From Vicugna vicugna (Eukaryota): DNA of 64,000 nt. Of the stretch, positions 1-13,660 are shown piece by piece (the first letter of the stretch is position 1; the number at the start of each line of letters is the position of its first letter). The DNA is taken from contig MU058424.1 of the NCBI GenBank assembly GCA_013265495.1, positions 1 through 64,000 of the forward strand, given 5' to 3'. The position numbers and the translations under genes are program-made. The notes beneath the pieces were generated by a model. That model saw nothing but the letters and a program-made list of their open reading frames with translations, made no database searches and was not told the origin of the DNA.

Positions 1-706
1 AGTCTTTAGGGTTTTCTATATATAGTATAATGTCATCTGAAAATTGTGACAATTTTACTTCTTCCTTTCCAATTTGGATGATTTTACTTATTTTTCTTGT
101 CTGATAGCTGTGGCTGGGGCTTCCAATACTATGTTAAAGAAAAATAGTGAGAGTGGACATCTTTGTCTTGTTCCTGATCTTAGGGGAAAGACTTTGAGCT
201 TTTTAACGTGGAGCACAATGTTAGCTGTGGGTTTGTCATATATGATCTTTACTATTTTGAGATATGTTCCCTCTATACCCACTTGGTTAAGACTTTTTTC
301 ATAAATGTATATTGAATTTTGTCAAATGCTTTTTCTGTTTATATTGAATTGATCATGATTTTTATCTTCTGTTTCATTAATGTGGTGTATCATGTTGATT
401 GATTTGTGGATACTGAACCATCCTTGAATTTCTGGAATAAATCTCACTCGATTATGGTGTATGATCCTTTGAATGTATTGTCTAATTCAGTTTGCTATTA
501 TTTTGTTGAGGATTTTTGCTTCTATAATCATCAGAGATATTGGCTTGTAATTTTCTCTTTTTATAGAGTCTTTGGCTTTGATATCAGGGCAATACTGGCC
601 TTATAGAATGAGTTTTGAAGTGTTTCTTTCTCTTCAGTTTGAGAAGGATAGGTATTAACTTGTCTTTAATATTTTGTAGCATTCACCTGGACTTTTTGGT
701 TGGGAA
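1..706 (-). mobile_element. LINE-1 ORF2 (RT region) fragment, degraded
   Basis: Minus-strand peptide [22 protein letters not shown]...[14 protein letters not shown] is typical L1 RT; frameshifted. Confidence 0.95.
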
Positions 707-1888
707 TTTTTTTTTTATTTTCACATTTTTTTTCATTTTCATATTCTTTTTCATTAAAGATTATTACAAGATATTGAATGTAGTTCCCCACATACAGCAG
801 AAACATTTTTAAAAACTATTTTATATATAGTGGCTAACATTTGTAAATCTGAAATGCTCAAATTTATCCCTTCCCACCCCATTTCCTCAGTAACCGTAAG
901 ATTGTTTACAATGTCTGCCAGTCTGTTTCTGTTCTGTAGATGAATTCATAGTGTCCTTTTTTTCTTTTTTCTTTTTTTTTGATTCCGCATATGAGTGATA
1001 TCATATGGTATTTTTCTTTATGTTTCTGGCTTACTTCACTTAAAAGTGACGATCTCTAGGTCCATGCATATTACTACAAATGGCATTATTTTATTCTTTT
1101 TATGGCTGAGTAGTATTCCATTGTATAAACATACCACAACTTCTTTATCCAGTCATCTGTCAGTGGACATTTAGGATGCTTCTATGTCTTGGCTATTGTA
1201 AATAGTGCTGCTATGAAAATTGGGGTGCATATATCTTTCCAAATTAGAGTTCCCTCCAGATATATACCCAGAAGTGGGATTGCTGGATCATATAGTAAGT
1301 CTACTTTAACTTTAGGAGGGGGAAACTTCATATTATTTTCCATAATGGCTGCATCAACCTACATTCCCACCAGCAACGTAGAAGGGTTCCCTTTTCTCCA
1401 CAGCCTCTCCAGCATTTATCATTCATGGACTTTTGAATGATAGCCATTCTGACTGGTGTGAAGTGATATCTCATTGTAGTTTTGATTTGCATTTCTCTGA
1501 TAATTAGTGATATTGAGCATTTTTTCATGTGCCTGTTGGCCATTTGTATGTCTTCATTGGAGAACTGCTTGTTTAGGTCTTCTGCCCATTTTTGGATTGA
1601 GTTGTTTGGGTTTTTATTATTAAGTAGTATGAGCTGTTTATATACTCTGGAAATTAAGCCCTTGTCAATTGCGTTATTTGCAAATATTTTCTCACATTGT
1701 ATAGGTTGCCATTTTGTTTTGCTTATGGTTTCTTTTGCTGTGCAAAAGCTTATGAGTTTAATTAGGTCCAATTTGTTTATTTTTGCTCTTATTTCTATTG
1801 CTTGGGTAGACTACCTTAGAAGAACACTGCTAAGATTTATGTCAGAGAACGTTTTGCCTATGTTTTCTTCTAGGCGATTTATTGTGTC
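707..1888 (-). mobile_element. LINE-1 3' end (ORF2 C-terminus + 3' UTR + poly-A), young lineage-specific family
   Basis: Poly-T at 707; minus ORF 1328-1771 ...[26 protein letters not shown]...[18 protein letters not shown] is the L1 ORF2 C-terminal Cys-rich region. Confidence 0.97.
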
Positions 1889-4522
1889 TTCAGAAATTTT
1901 ATCAAACCACAGAAAGGAAAACAAAGAGGAAATGAAAGAAATAAAGAAGAAATACAAAGTCAACTGAAAACAAAGTTCAAAATGGCAATAAATGCACATT
2001 TATCAATAATTACCATAAATGTCAATGAACTAAATGTCCAATCGAAAAACATAGAATGATAGATTGGATAGTAAAACAAGAGCCTAGAATATGCTGCCTA
2101 AAGGAGACTCACTTTACAGCAAAGGACACACATAGACTGAAACTGAGAGGATGGAAAAAGATATTTCATGCAAATGGAAACAAGAAAGCAGGAACAGCAA
2201 TACTCAGATCAGACAAAATAGACTTTAAAACAGAGGCCATTAAGAAAGATAAAAAAAAGATACTATATAATGATCAAAGGAGTAATACAAGAAGAGGATA
2301 TTATACTCATTAAAATATATGCACCCAATATAGGAGCAACTAAATATATAAAGCAAATACTAACAGACACAAAGGGAGAAACTGATGGGAATAGTAGGAG
2401 ATGTTAATGCCCCACTAACATCTTTGGACAGGTTTTCCAGCTAGAAAATCAATAAGGCAATAGAGATACTAAATGACACAAAAAATAGTTAGACTTAATT
2501 TATAGTTAGGACATTACATCTCCCAAAACAGAATATACATTTTTTTCAAGTACACATGGAACATTCTCTAGGATAGACCACATAGCTGGGCACAACAGAA
2601 ACCTCAACAAATTTAAACAGAAATTATTTCAAGTATCTTTTCTGATCACAGTGGCATGAAACTAGAAATGAATCACAAAAAAACAAAAGAATCAAATTAC
2701 TCAATGGAGACTAAACAACATGCCACTAAAAAAAATGCAACAAATGATGAAATCAAAGAAGAAATTAAAAAATACATTGAGTCAAGTGACAATGAAAACA
2801 CAATCACACAAAACCCATGGGATACAGTTAAAGTAGTCCTAAGAGGGAAGTTCATAGCAATACAGGCCTTCCTCAAAAAATAAGAATGATCTCAAATAAA
2901 CAACCTGAGCTATCACCTAAAAGAATTAAAAAGAAGAGCAAACAAAACCTAAAATCAACAAAAGGAAAGAAATAAAGATCCAAGAGGAAATAAATAAAAT
3001 AGAGTTAAGAAAAAAACCCAGAAAAAATCAATCAAACCAAGAGTTGGTTTTTTGAAAGAGTAAAGACTATCGACAAACCTCTCAGGCTCACCAATAAGAA
3101 AAGACAGAGGACACAGACAAAACAAGAGAGGAAAAAGGAGAAATTACAACCAACACCATGGAAGTACAAAAAAATTATCAGTATACTATGAACAATTGTG
3201 TGGCAACAAATTGGACAATCTAGAAGAAATGGAGAAGTTTCTAGAATTATACAGTCCACCAAAACTGAACCAAGAAGACATACATCATTTGAACAGACCA
3301 ATTACTAGAAGTGAAATAGAATCAGCACTAAAAAACCTCCCTGCAAACAAAAGTCCAGGACCAGATGGCTTCACTGGGGAATTCTACCAAACATACAAAA
3401 GGAACTCATACCAATCCTTCTCAAACTCTTCAAGAGACTGAAGAGGAGGAAATACTCCCAAACTCATTCTATGAAGCCACCATCACACTGATACCAAAAC
3501 CAAAGACACTACCAAAAAAGAAAATTGCGGGTCAATATCATTAATGAACACAGATGCAAAAATCCTCAGCAAAATACTAGCAAACAGACACCAACAACAC
3601 ATAAAAAAGATTAAACACCATGAATAAGTTAGATTCATCCCAGGGACACAAGGATGGTTCAACATATGCAAATCAGTCCACCACATTCACAAAAGAAAAG
3701 GCAAAAATCATAGGGCCAGTCCAGTATACTGAGAAAAAAAGCATTTGACAAAATTCAACACCCATTTATGATAAAAACTCTTACCAAAATGGGTACAGAG
3801 GAAACATATCTCAACATGACAAAAGCTATATATGACAAACCTACAGCCAACATAATACTCAGTGGTGAAAATTTAAAGCCTTCCCACTAAAATCTGGAAC
3901 AAGGCAACGATGCCTACTCTCATCACTTCTGTTCAACATAATATGGGAATTCCTAGCCATAGCAATCAGGAAAGGAAAAAAAAATTAAAAAGGGATCAAA
4001 ATTGGAAGAGAAGAGGTAAAACTGTCACTTTATGCATATGACTTTGCAATGTATAGAAACGCCTAAAAGCTCCACACAAAAAATATTAGAGATGATAAAA
4101 GAATGCAGCAACGTAGGAAGATAGTAGATTAACATACAAAAATCAGTTGCATTTCTTTACACTAACAATGAAATATCAGAAAAAGAAAGTAAAGAAACAA
4201 TCCTTTTTTTAAAAAATTTTTAACACCTCTGGTATGGTATGATTCCTGTACAGTAAACTACATATATTTCAGATGTACAATTTGATGAATTTTGATAGAT
4301 GTCTACACCAATGAAACTACCACCACAATCAAGATAGCTAACATTTCCATCGCTCCCCAAGAGGTGCAAATTTCGAATTCCCAATTTATCCCTTCGCACC
4401 CGCTTTACCCTCTAGTAACCATAAGTTTGATCTCTATGTCTGTGATTTGTGTCTAGAAATAATCCCTTTTAAAATTGCATCCAAAACAATAAAATACTTA
4501 GGAATAAATCTGACCAAGGAGG
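1889..4522 (+). mobile_element. LINE-1 ORF2 endonuclease-to-RT fragment, degraded
   Basis: ICCLKETHFTAKDTHRLKLRGWKKIFHANG (EN) and [15 protein letters not shown]; multiple stops/frameshifts; interrupted at 4209-4454. Confidence 0.97.
4209..4454 (-). mobile_element. Chimeric L1 3' UTR insertion with TSD
   Basis: Flanked by agaaacaatccttttt (4193-4208) and agaaataatccctttt (4455-4470); host L1 resumes in register at 4471. Confidence 0.75.
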
Positions 4523-4559
4523 TTTCTTATCTATCTTTTACTCTGACTATAATGTGAGC

Positions 4560-5400
4560 CTTTTATTTATTCAAATATACTGAATACTCATCTATGCTAA
4601 GCACTGGGGATAAAGCAGAAAATAAAACAAAAACTCTGCACTCATGTAAATCACCAAGTATTAAGGAAGCAAATGTGAAGAAATAGAAGTAGAAAGAGTG
4701 GTCCAGCAGACATGAGCCCCAAACCATAGAGACCACAGAGGAGCACTCTGCTGGGCGTCAGGTGAGCCTTCAGGAGGAGTCACGCTACAACTGTGTTTTG
4801 AAGGCTGCACGAGAGGTAGCTGAGGGCAGACAGCTGAGAGGTGAAAGGGCTGACAAAGAAGCTGTACTTGCTGACTGAGGGCTGAGACATGAGACAAAGT
4901 GGAAAGTGTTGTAGACCTGCTAGTAAGTACAGCTGAAACACAGTGTGAGGTGCCAAGTTGGGACAGACGAGGGTATGACAAAAGGAGGAGACCTGTGAGA
5001 AAAGCCTGTGTGTTGGAAATGGCATGATCGCATTTGCAATTTAGAAAGACCATTGTAACTAGCAGAATTGATTGAGAGTGGGTTAGGGGCCAGTGTAGAC
5101 TAGCATGAAGGAAACCTGTTAGGAGGCCATTACAGCGACCCAGGAAGAGTTGATGGTCACCTACATCAAGGGTGAATAGAGTGGGCAGATCGGATAGATA
5201 TAAAGTCCAATTTGGAGATGATAACCTTTGATGAATTAATGAATTGCAGGATGGTAGAGAGCAAAGATGTAGTGGGATATCTTGATTTCTATCTTGTACA
5301 GTTTGATAGACGGTGATTCCAATTACCGAGATATAGGATGCTAAAGAATGAACAGTTTGGAAGAAAAAGAACTGAGTCAAGAAATCAAGTAGGTATTTGG
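4560..5400 (-). mobile_element. LINE-2 3' fragment
   Basis: L2-type tail near 4565 and ORF2 remnant LGRCNGLLTGFLHASL...SILLVTMVFLNCKCDHA (compare L2 LDYCNSLLTGLP...FLKCKSDHV). Confidence 0.85.
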
Positions 5401-6561
5401 GTATATTATAAAATTGGGGAGAAAGTTAAAGAGAAATCTCTTTAAGGACAAGAATGTTAATTAAGAATGTTTTTAACTAAAAGTATTTGGAATATAATGA
5501 TTGGGTACTCAGTAAATATTGGTTAAGTTAGTAAATAAGTTTTTTTTAGTATAACATATATTTCTTTGGTAAATAAGGGAAAATTTTAGAAAATAACGTA
5601 AGTGTAATTAATATTTGTCTTACGATCAAAAGTAGATTTTAAAAAAAATGTCATGTGGATGACAGCAAAATAATCTAGGCTGAATTGTGTAAGGAAGCAA
5701 AAGCTTTGAACTCCATGCACAAGACAGTCATTCTCCCTTTAGTCTTCATTTTGTTCCAATTGTTCATCTCACTTCTATTAGTTCCATGTGTCTACCTGAG
5801 TTTTTCCCTAGAGGCTGGGCCACAATAATCCGATACAGAGTAGATGAGTGAATGAATTAAAAAAATACACGATGAAAAAGCAAAGAATTAAAGTGCTCAG
5901 ACCCTAAAATGGCACAGACTCTTTTAGTACTGGAAGATTGTTAAACCAGCCATTCACATATCCATACGCCAAGCAAAGACCAATTCTAGTTTGAAGTTCT
6001 GCCTTTGCACATTTAATATATCAAATGTTACACTGTATTCAACAAATGGAAAAAAATGTTTAGTGTAATTTAGATTACTTTACGATTGAGATGGCATACA
6101 TTTCCCTTTTCTAAAATTGAAATAAAGAAGATGTGTATATGTATTTTTGCACACACATGTGTAGACAGTACAATACAGTGTTGAACAAAACTAGACATTT
6201 TGTCCTTGGCCTCATGGAGCTTGGAATAAACATTAATTAAAAAATCACCCAAAGCAATGTATACATACAGCTGTGCTTTGAAGAAGCAGCACGCAATCAT
6301 AGGAAAATGCATGCTGTCGGGAGCTAAGGTCGAGAAAGCAAAACTGACCCTTTCCTTTACCACCTTTATGCCTAAGCGTGAATCTCAACAGATTACAGCA
6401 AGAAAAGGCTTTGCATCCTGAGATAAACCACATACACACAGAGAGAACACCTGTCTAGTAATAATTCCTGAAATAAATGAAGCCTTGATTCCCTTTGCAG
6501 CAAGTTTCTCGCTTCCTAATAAAAACAGCTTCATCACTGTCTTTTTTATCATTAACATCAG

Positions 6562-6639
6562 TGGAAATACTCACCCCTGCAGATGTGACAATTATGCAAA
6601 GAAATTGACCTTTGGGGAACAATGAGAATAATTAACAAA
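6562..6639 (+). pseudogene. Weak candidate exon, phase 0-0, WKYSPLQM*QLCKEIDLWGTMRIINK
   Basis: catcAG|tgg ... AAA|GTAAAA; one TGA at 6586. Confidence 0.3.
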
Positions 6640-7344
6640 GTAAAACTTTTTTCTCTATATTCTTACCATATATTTATGCAAGAAGTACAATTTTTCCAAA
6701 TGTTGGACTCGCTTGCAAGCACTAAAAGTCAACATACTTTTTTAGTATACATATGAGTCTCTCAGTATTCTTTTGATATGACCTCATCAGAAATGTCAAG
6801 GAAGTCTTCCTGCCTCAGAGACGGCTAAACACATCTGGAAGATAAGCAATAGTTAACCGGAAGAAAGGGGGTGTGGAAAGTTTTTGAACAGGCTGAGACA
6901 TTGTAGTTATGATTTAAACTGGACTTGACTTTTTAATATCTGAAATGTAATGGTTCTAACATAAGTATCAGAAGTTAGGGATCGGCAAGAGATTTCATCT
7001 AGAAGCAAGACATGGAGATTTAACATAACATATTTGAAAGCAAATGTGGGAAAAATTTTTTAAGTTTTTTGCTGATTGTATTTTACAAAACTCAGTTTGT
7101 TCAATAAGTTAATTTCATAAAAATAAAAACTTATAAATCTGGCAGTAAGATTTTCTTCACCTATCACATATATATATAATGTAAATGTTCACCCATTTTA
7201 TGTATATAATGTATGTAAATAAATATGTATATAAATACATAGTACACATATATGTATGTGAAAATACAGTAAAATATACTATATATATGACTCTGTAGGA
7301 AATGCCATGACATTTTCATATTGGTGCACAAAAGTAGTGAAAGT

Positions 7345-7651
7345 CGAACTTATATATAAAACAGAAACAGACTCACAGACGTAGAATACAGACCTGTGGT
7401 TGCTGGCAGGGGGAGGCGGTGGGAAGGGATAAACTGGGAGTTCAAGATTTGCAGATACTGACAAGTATATATAGAATAGATAAACAAGTTTATACTGTAT
7501 AGCACAGGGAAGTATATTCAATATCTTACAGTAGCTTGCAGTGGAAAAGAACTTGAAAATGAATATATGCATATTCCTGTAAGACTGAAGCATTGTGCTG
7601 TACACCAGAAACTGACACAACATTGTAAACTGACTATACCTCAGTTTTAAA
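7345..7651 (+). mobile_element. 5'-truncated young L1 3' UTR with TSD
   Basis: TSD aaaagtagtgaaagt (7330-7344) / aaaagtaatgaaagt (7652-7666); same 3' UTR family as other copies in window. Confidence 0.95.
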
Positions 7652-8503
7652 AAAAGTAATGAAAGTTGTAAAAAAATTCATTTTTTTAAAAAGCTTGTGA
7701 AAACCTAGATTTGCTTCAGTAACAGTATGAACAGATTAGAAAGTGATTGCGAAATGTACTTACTGCAAATGGTGCAGTCCTGGCAACTTTTACACAGTCA
7801 ATTACAGACATGCATTTATAGTGGGATTGAATTTGCCAAAGATTTGTGAAGCACAGAATTACTGTGTGAAGCAAAGTGTGCTTGTCCAGTAGGTAAAAAA
7901 GCAGTTAAAGCCATGCTTGCCTTTTTCATGACTCAGACGAGGGAGAATGTATCCATCTAGGTGTTTAATTTGCGTACCATTTGACAAGACATTTGAGCAT
8001 GACTTTGTCCCAAAGGTTCAAGTGAGCTTTCTGAAAGATGCTAGTAAATGCATCATTTAGAATACTTTTTTCTTTTATTGACCAGTGTGTAACTTCTTAT
8101 AATTGTCTTGCCTTTATCACAGCATATATATTCATGTAGAGTGTTTCAATATTGCAAAATTTCATATACTTGCATTTTACACATCTCTCTTCTGTTTTGG
8201 CATTTTATTTTATTAATTGTAAGTTAATTATGTCTTAATTAAGTAAACTCATGATTGTGATAATAGAAAATGTTCTTATATAAGTCAAGTAATAAATTAA
8301 TTGGGAAATAATTCTGTAATCAAAGTAGATTCTTTTTATAGTCAGATTTCTGCTATTATGCAGGGAAAAAAAAGTATAGTAGAAGCTGGCTGAATTGTGC
8401 TTCACATATTATCCAGACAAAGTGATGTTTATTTGTACTTAGGCTTGGGGAGAAATCAGTCTAAATATTTGGTTCTTAAATTGACTAATTTAGAAATTTT
8501 CAG

Positions 8504-8530
8504 AGCTTCTCTCCTCCACAGAAAAATCAG
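8504..8530 (+). pseudogene. Candidate exon, phase 0-0, SFSPPQKNQ
   Basis: tgactaat branch-like site, aattttcAG|agc ... CAG|GTGATG. Confidence 0.4.
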
Positions 8531-9595
8531 GTGATGAGTTTAAACAACTGTTCAGATAAGTAGTTTCAAACAAATTGTTGTTGAAGCCAAAATGACTTTG
8601 GGGTCTGAATGATCATATTTCCTGCCCTCATTGACTTAAATTATAGATAAAACTCAAAATTTCATTTCCTATTTCTGTTCAGTGTGTAATGGGAAATGAT
8701 TGTTGACTTTCCAATTATCAAATAGTACTACTTATGTCAGCAATTAAAATATTCCTAGAAATTTTATTAAAATACAAAGCTCTAAAAAAAGTCTATCTTT
8801 TAAAGTAGTGGTACATGACTAATAGCTCAGTGTCTCCCCCAAAATGTATTTGGTTGAAGGTGTAAGGTATTCAAGGATGACAGTGCAATTAATTATGGAA
8901 ACATGGAGGAACTAAAATTAAGAGCACTCAAGATATAAATAAGGAGCAATGAAAGCACAAAAGAAACTAAGTAAGTGCACTGTTCAAAACATGTTTTTAT
9001 ATACACATTTAAAAATATGTTTTAAAGAGAAGTGAATAGTTTAATTGTATTTGCAGGACTCTACTTAGCTACTCAGAGAAGCTTTGTTAATGTCTGCTCT
9101 TTCTTGTCCTGATTCTTTTCTGGTCTGCTTCTTCTTTCTTCATCTAAAAACAAGGTCAAGTTCCAAATCTCTAAAATATTCTGCTGTGCTATCTCCCTAT
9201 AAGCTTCCACACTCCATCCTCTCTCAAGCCTTCAAAGAATATTTTACCCACACGCATTTGCTGCATTTCTGATCACAAACAATTTTATTAACCTCTTGTA
9301 GTCTACTTGCTGCTCTCACACTCCACTTTAATGACTCTTTAAAAGTTACCAAGGACATTTTAGTTGCTACAAATGACTTCTTGCAGCCCTGTTTTGTAAA
9401 GACTACCTCACATATTCAGTCCTTCTCCCTTGATTTTTTATTATGCAACACACTTCTGGATTTCTCCCTCTTTGCCTTCTCTGTCACTGTTTCCTCCCAC
9501 TATTGCCTGTCAGATTGACAAGAATGTTATTTGAATTATTTAATTCTGATGCACAGTAATGTCATGGGCACTCTCATGCATTTTATGTTTCCAAG

Positions 9596-9683
9596 AAGGA
9601 AAGTAATGCTGCAGACAACTTGGCAACTGAATCAGAAGATGATAGCAATGTATTCCCTTCTATCAGTAATACTGTTACTGGAA
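9596..9683 (+). pseudogene. Candidate exon, phase 0-1, KESNAADNLATESEDDSNVFPSISNTVTG
   Basis: ttttatgtttccaAG|aag ... GAA|GTATAT; open acidic peptide. Confidence 0.5.
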
Positions 9684-10222
9684 GTATATTTTCATGCAAT
9701 AATTATACCTATAAATACCATTTTTGTATTATCTATAATTTTGAAAAATTAGAAGTACTCAGAAAGAAGGCAATGATTTAGAAATTTGTAGGATTTATAG
9801 ACTATTGTCATTAAAAATATTTATGAAAATATAATGACATGAAGGTTGTTTCAAATATATAATGTACACAGTAGAAAACTGACTTTTACACAACTAATCA
9901 TTATTGTACAAATATATATATATCTAAATGGAAATATCAAAATATAAAAACTGATTATTTTTGAAGTGGCCTTGAGAATCATTAATTTCCTGTTTATTTC
10001 TATACTTATTTCCTAAATTTTCCACATTGTTTATATTAGTTCTATAATCTTACAATAAATGTAGAAATGGTATAGACGGGATTTATGATTTTTTACAAGA
10101 CTGAAAATCTGTAATGTATATATGATTATTGGACAAAATGTAATTGAGGAAAGAATGACATAATAGGATTAGGTGTTCACGTGAAAACATGGCACCAGGT
10201 TTCTGGAAAATGATCTGACTTT

Positions 10223-10826
10223 TTTTCTTCCTTTTTTTTTTTTAGTATATATATGTATATATTTTTTAATTGAAGTATAGTCACTTAATGTTGTGTCAAT
10301 TTCTGGTGTATAACACAAGCTTCAGTCATACATGAATGTACATATATTCGTTTTCATGCTCTTTTTCACCATAAGTTACTACAAGATATTGAATATAGTT
10401 CCCTGTGCTATACATTATAAACTTTTTATTTATCTATGTTATAAGTATTAGTTAGTATCTGCAAATCTCAAACTCCCACTTTATCCTGTCCCACCCCCTT
10501 CCCATCAATAACCATGTTTGCTTTCTATGTCTGTGAGTCTGTTTCTGTTTTGTAAATAAGTTCATTTGTCTTTGTTTTTTGTAGATTCCACATATAAGTG
10601 ATGTCATATGGTATTTTTCTTTCTCTTTCTGGCTTACTTCACTTAGAATGACATTCTCCAGGGACATCTTGTTGCTGCAAATGGCATTATGTTGTCGGTT
10701 TTTGTGGCTGAGTAGTATTCCATTGTATAAATATACCACAATTTCTTCATCCAGTCATCTGTTGATGGACATTTAGGCTGTTTCCGTGTCTTGGCTATTG
10801 TAAATAGTGCTGCTATGAACATTGGT
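10223..10826 (-). mobile_element. 5'-truncated young L1 3' end
   Basis: Poly-T tail, 3' UTR, ORF2 end MFIAALFTIAKTRKQPKCPSTDDW. Confidence 0.95.
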
Positions 10827-11100
10827 GATCTTCCATTTTTCTTTTTTACCAAGAGGGAGGTGATCATTATTACTATTATAAACTTATTTGGAAATTTGCC
10901 TTTGCTTTACTCTGACTTTCACACTCATTAAAGCAACGCAGATTTTGTACTGCTTGAAGACTGAACCAAACAAAGAGGTTCTCAAACTTGTTTGAATCCA
11001 GCTATCTCCCTTAGGTCAAGTCTGTACAAACTGCTGAAACTTTAGACATTCCTAGGGTCTACCAGTTAGCTAGAGATAATAGAACAAATTATCTTTACAG

Positions 11101-11136
11101 ACAACAGCTGTGTTTTTGACATGACCCATTATTCAG
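11101..11136 (+). pseudogene. Candidate exon, phase 1-1, (N)NSCVFDMTHYS
   Basis: ttatctttacAG|aca ... CAG|GTGTGT; only the phase-1 frame is open. Confidence 0.6.
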
Positions 11137-11689
11137 GTGTGTTTTAGAAGCAATGTGATTTTATCACTGCAACTGGTGCTCTTAATTAAACATGGCAGTC
11201 ACCTGAAAGGTGCATTAAATGCCTTGGCCCTTTCAAAATAAATGGCTTAAGGAATATTGAGAAAAATATATCAAAAAAACAGACTCTAGAAGCAAAAAGC
11301 AATTCTTTCACAAATTATAATACTGAACAAGCTGCTTTAACACATTCCAGCTGTCCAACAACTCCAAAAATCAAAGTCAACACAAGCTCCTTATTATTAT
11401 TGGCATTAAGTCTTGAGTCAACTCCAGCCTCAAGCACCTGGTTCTGAAGGACCATGTTAGAAAAGATAAGATTTCCTCCATTCCTGTAGCATCAAGATGA
11501 CTACTCAGGCTACCCTGAGATGCTAAAATGGGAAAACGTCAACATAATTGTAAGGGATTTCTCTGGTGTTATCCCATCTGCTAATCACACAGTCCTACAA
11601 AAACGACAGAGCTGAGATATGGACAGAAGCTAGAACTTTAGGCCCTTTTGACATTAACAAATGGCTTTTATTTAGTTACTCCTTGTGTG

Positions 11690-13078
11690 AATTTGAATAT
11701 ATTATTAACATTGTATGCTTTTTGGTTGACTGGCAACTCTTTTTTTGATGTAAAGCAGCTGCTCTTAAGCAGAAAAGAAACTTTCAGACTTTGTACTTCT
11801 CACCTGAGGAAACCCTATTTGACTAGTGATAGAGGTAACCATTTCACTAGATGAGTAAGTAAGTAATGCTGTGATGCTCTGCATATCACCCTGAAACTTC
11901 ATGGCCCCCAGAACCTCCTCAAGGGAATAGAACAAATGAATGGCACTTTAAACACTGAAACTTGCAAAACCATCCAAGAAATTTTCATTGCTATGACCAA
12001 TGCCTTTTTCCTTAGCTCTCATGGCTGTTAGGTCCACACCAAGAGAAATAAAGCCATGTGGAGCTTCCCGACTAATTCTTGAGTCTGCCATTATTATAGC
12101 TCTATTTATAGAACAAATAGTGTAGAAGTTTAATACAAGACACTCCTGTTTATTATCAAGCTGTTTTCCCTGGGATAAACCACAGGAATGACTGCCTAGC
12201 TTTCCTGGTAAACTGGAAATTATGCCATTAAACGTTGCTCTTGAACCTCATTAGGAAGTACCAAATCAGATACTGTTAGTCACAAACTTTAGGCACTCAA
12301 CCCTTTTACTCATGTATCACAGTTAAAAAGACGTAATATATCCACCTCCTGGAATTCCATGCCTATGAGAAATCTGAAACTGAGACCCTTTCAGGATTGA
12401 AGAAAAGCAGGCAGCATCAGAAAAGAGGTATCTGTCCAAAGAACCTCAGACCAAGCAGTATGCTACTACTAAACATGGACGGTCAACCAAGACCTACAGC
12501 TCAAGATTCCCAAATGCCCAGAACCGCCAAATAATACTCCTCTCATCTTCTTCTTTCTTCTCTTGGCTATCCTTTCTCTTCTCTGTTTTCTAATTGCTAA
12601 AATGAGATTTTCAAAAGTCTTCCTTCAACCTCGTTACTCTGGGTAGATCAAGAGTATTAAAAAAAGTATTACATAAGCCTATTCATGTCAAACCACATGT
12701 CTTCTCTACAAGCTCTGAGTGGGATAGGATTTGCTGTCCTGACTGGTCCCATGAGCAGCAGGATTTGACTAAGACACATTGTCCAATATCTCCTTTTTTG
12801 ATAATTTTTTGATAATTTTTGATAATTCTTATGTTAAGACATTTTGTCTCAACGTTTGTTTGCTGTATTCTATCCAGAGTCATAAATAGTTCCATGTAAC
12901 TATTCACTAGGCAAAAGATTAAAATTCAACTGCAAGGGCAAAAGTTGTAAGAAACGGTTTTGGCAGTAAAGCAAAGAATCAGACTGGAACTCACACAAGT
13001 GGTATAGATCTAACGGATACACACAGTTATAGTCAAGTGGTGACATTCATTCATTCTTCTTGATCAAAAAGGAGGGGT
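11690..13078 (+). mobile_element. Ancient ERV internal remnant (integrase + 3' region + PPT)
   Basis: Integrase motifs SDRGNHFT, AYHPETS, IEQMNGTL, LALMAVRSTP in shifting frames; polypurine tract aaaaaggagggg at ~13066. Confidence 0.8.
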
Positions 13079-13370
13079 TAGGAGAGACCCTGAAGGGCTT
13101 GAAAATTTCCTTCTGTTGTTTTCACATGTCATTAAATTCTGCATCAATTTCTCTTCTACGTCTCTAGATAAACCTAAATTTCTCAACCTACACATTACTG
13201 AACTACACTCTTTTCCAAATGTTACTATCCCAGAAAGAGCTGAACTTTGACCTCTCTTACTAAAGCTCCATAAAGCTCTATAAATCTCTGTGTGAAAACT
13301 CCCCTTCTTCTTGAAGACGGAGCACTCCTTTGCTTGTATTGTCATGACAGAATTCTAAATAAAGGCTTAC
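13079..13370 (+). mobile_element. 3' LTR of the ERV remnant
   Basis: Directly follows PPT; AATAAA near 13358 followed by ...ttaca. Confidence 0.55.
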
Positions 13371-13660
13371 ACTGAATGGTGCTCTGGTTAATTTTCTTCC
13401 ACAATGTGAATTAAACTGGGTCTATCAATATGATCATTTGTGAACTGTTCTTTTCTGGTCAAGCATTTTATACCAGCATTTTCCCCTCTATAGTCATCAT
13501 TTCTTGTCACTAAGGAGCTACAAAACGAATGGGAGTAAATATTGGAAATCATCCCCAAATTTAGCTTGTAAAATAAATACATTAGGTAACTATTATAAAA
13601 ACTGTTAGGTTAATTTTCCCAAATTAAAATCATCAGATAAATATCAACTTTCCTCTTCAG

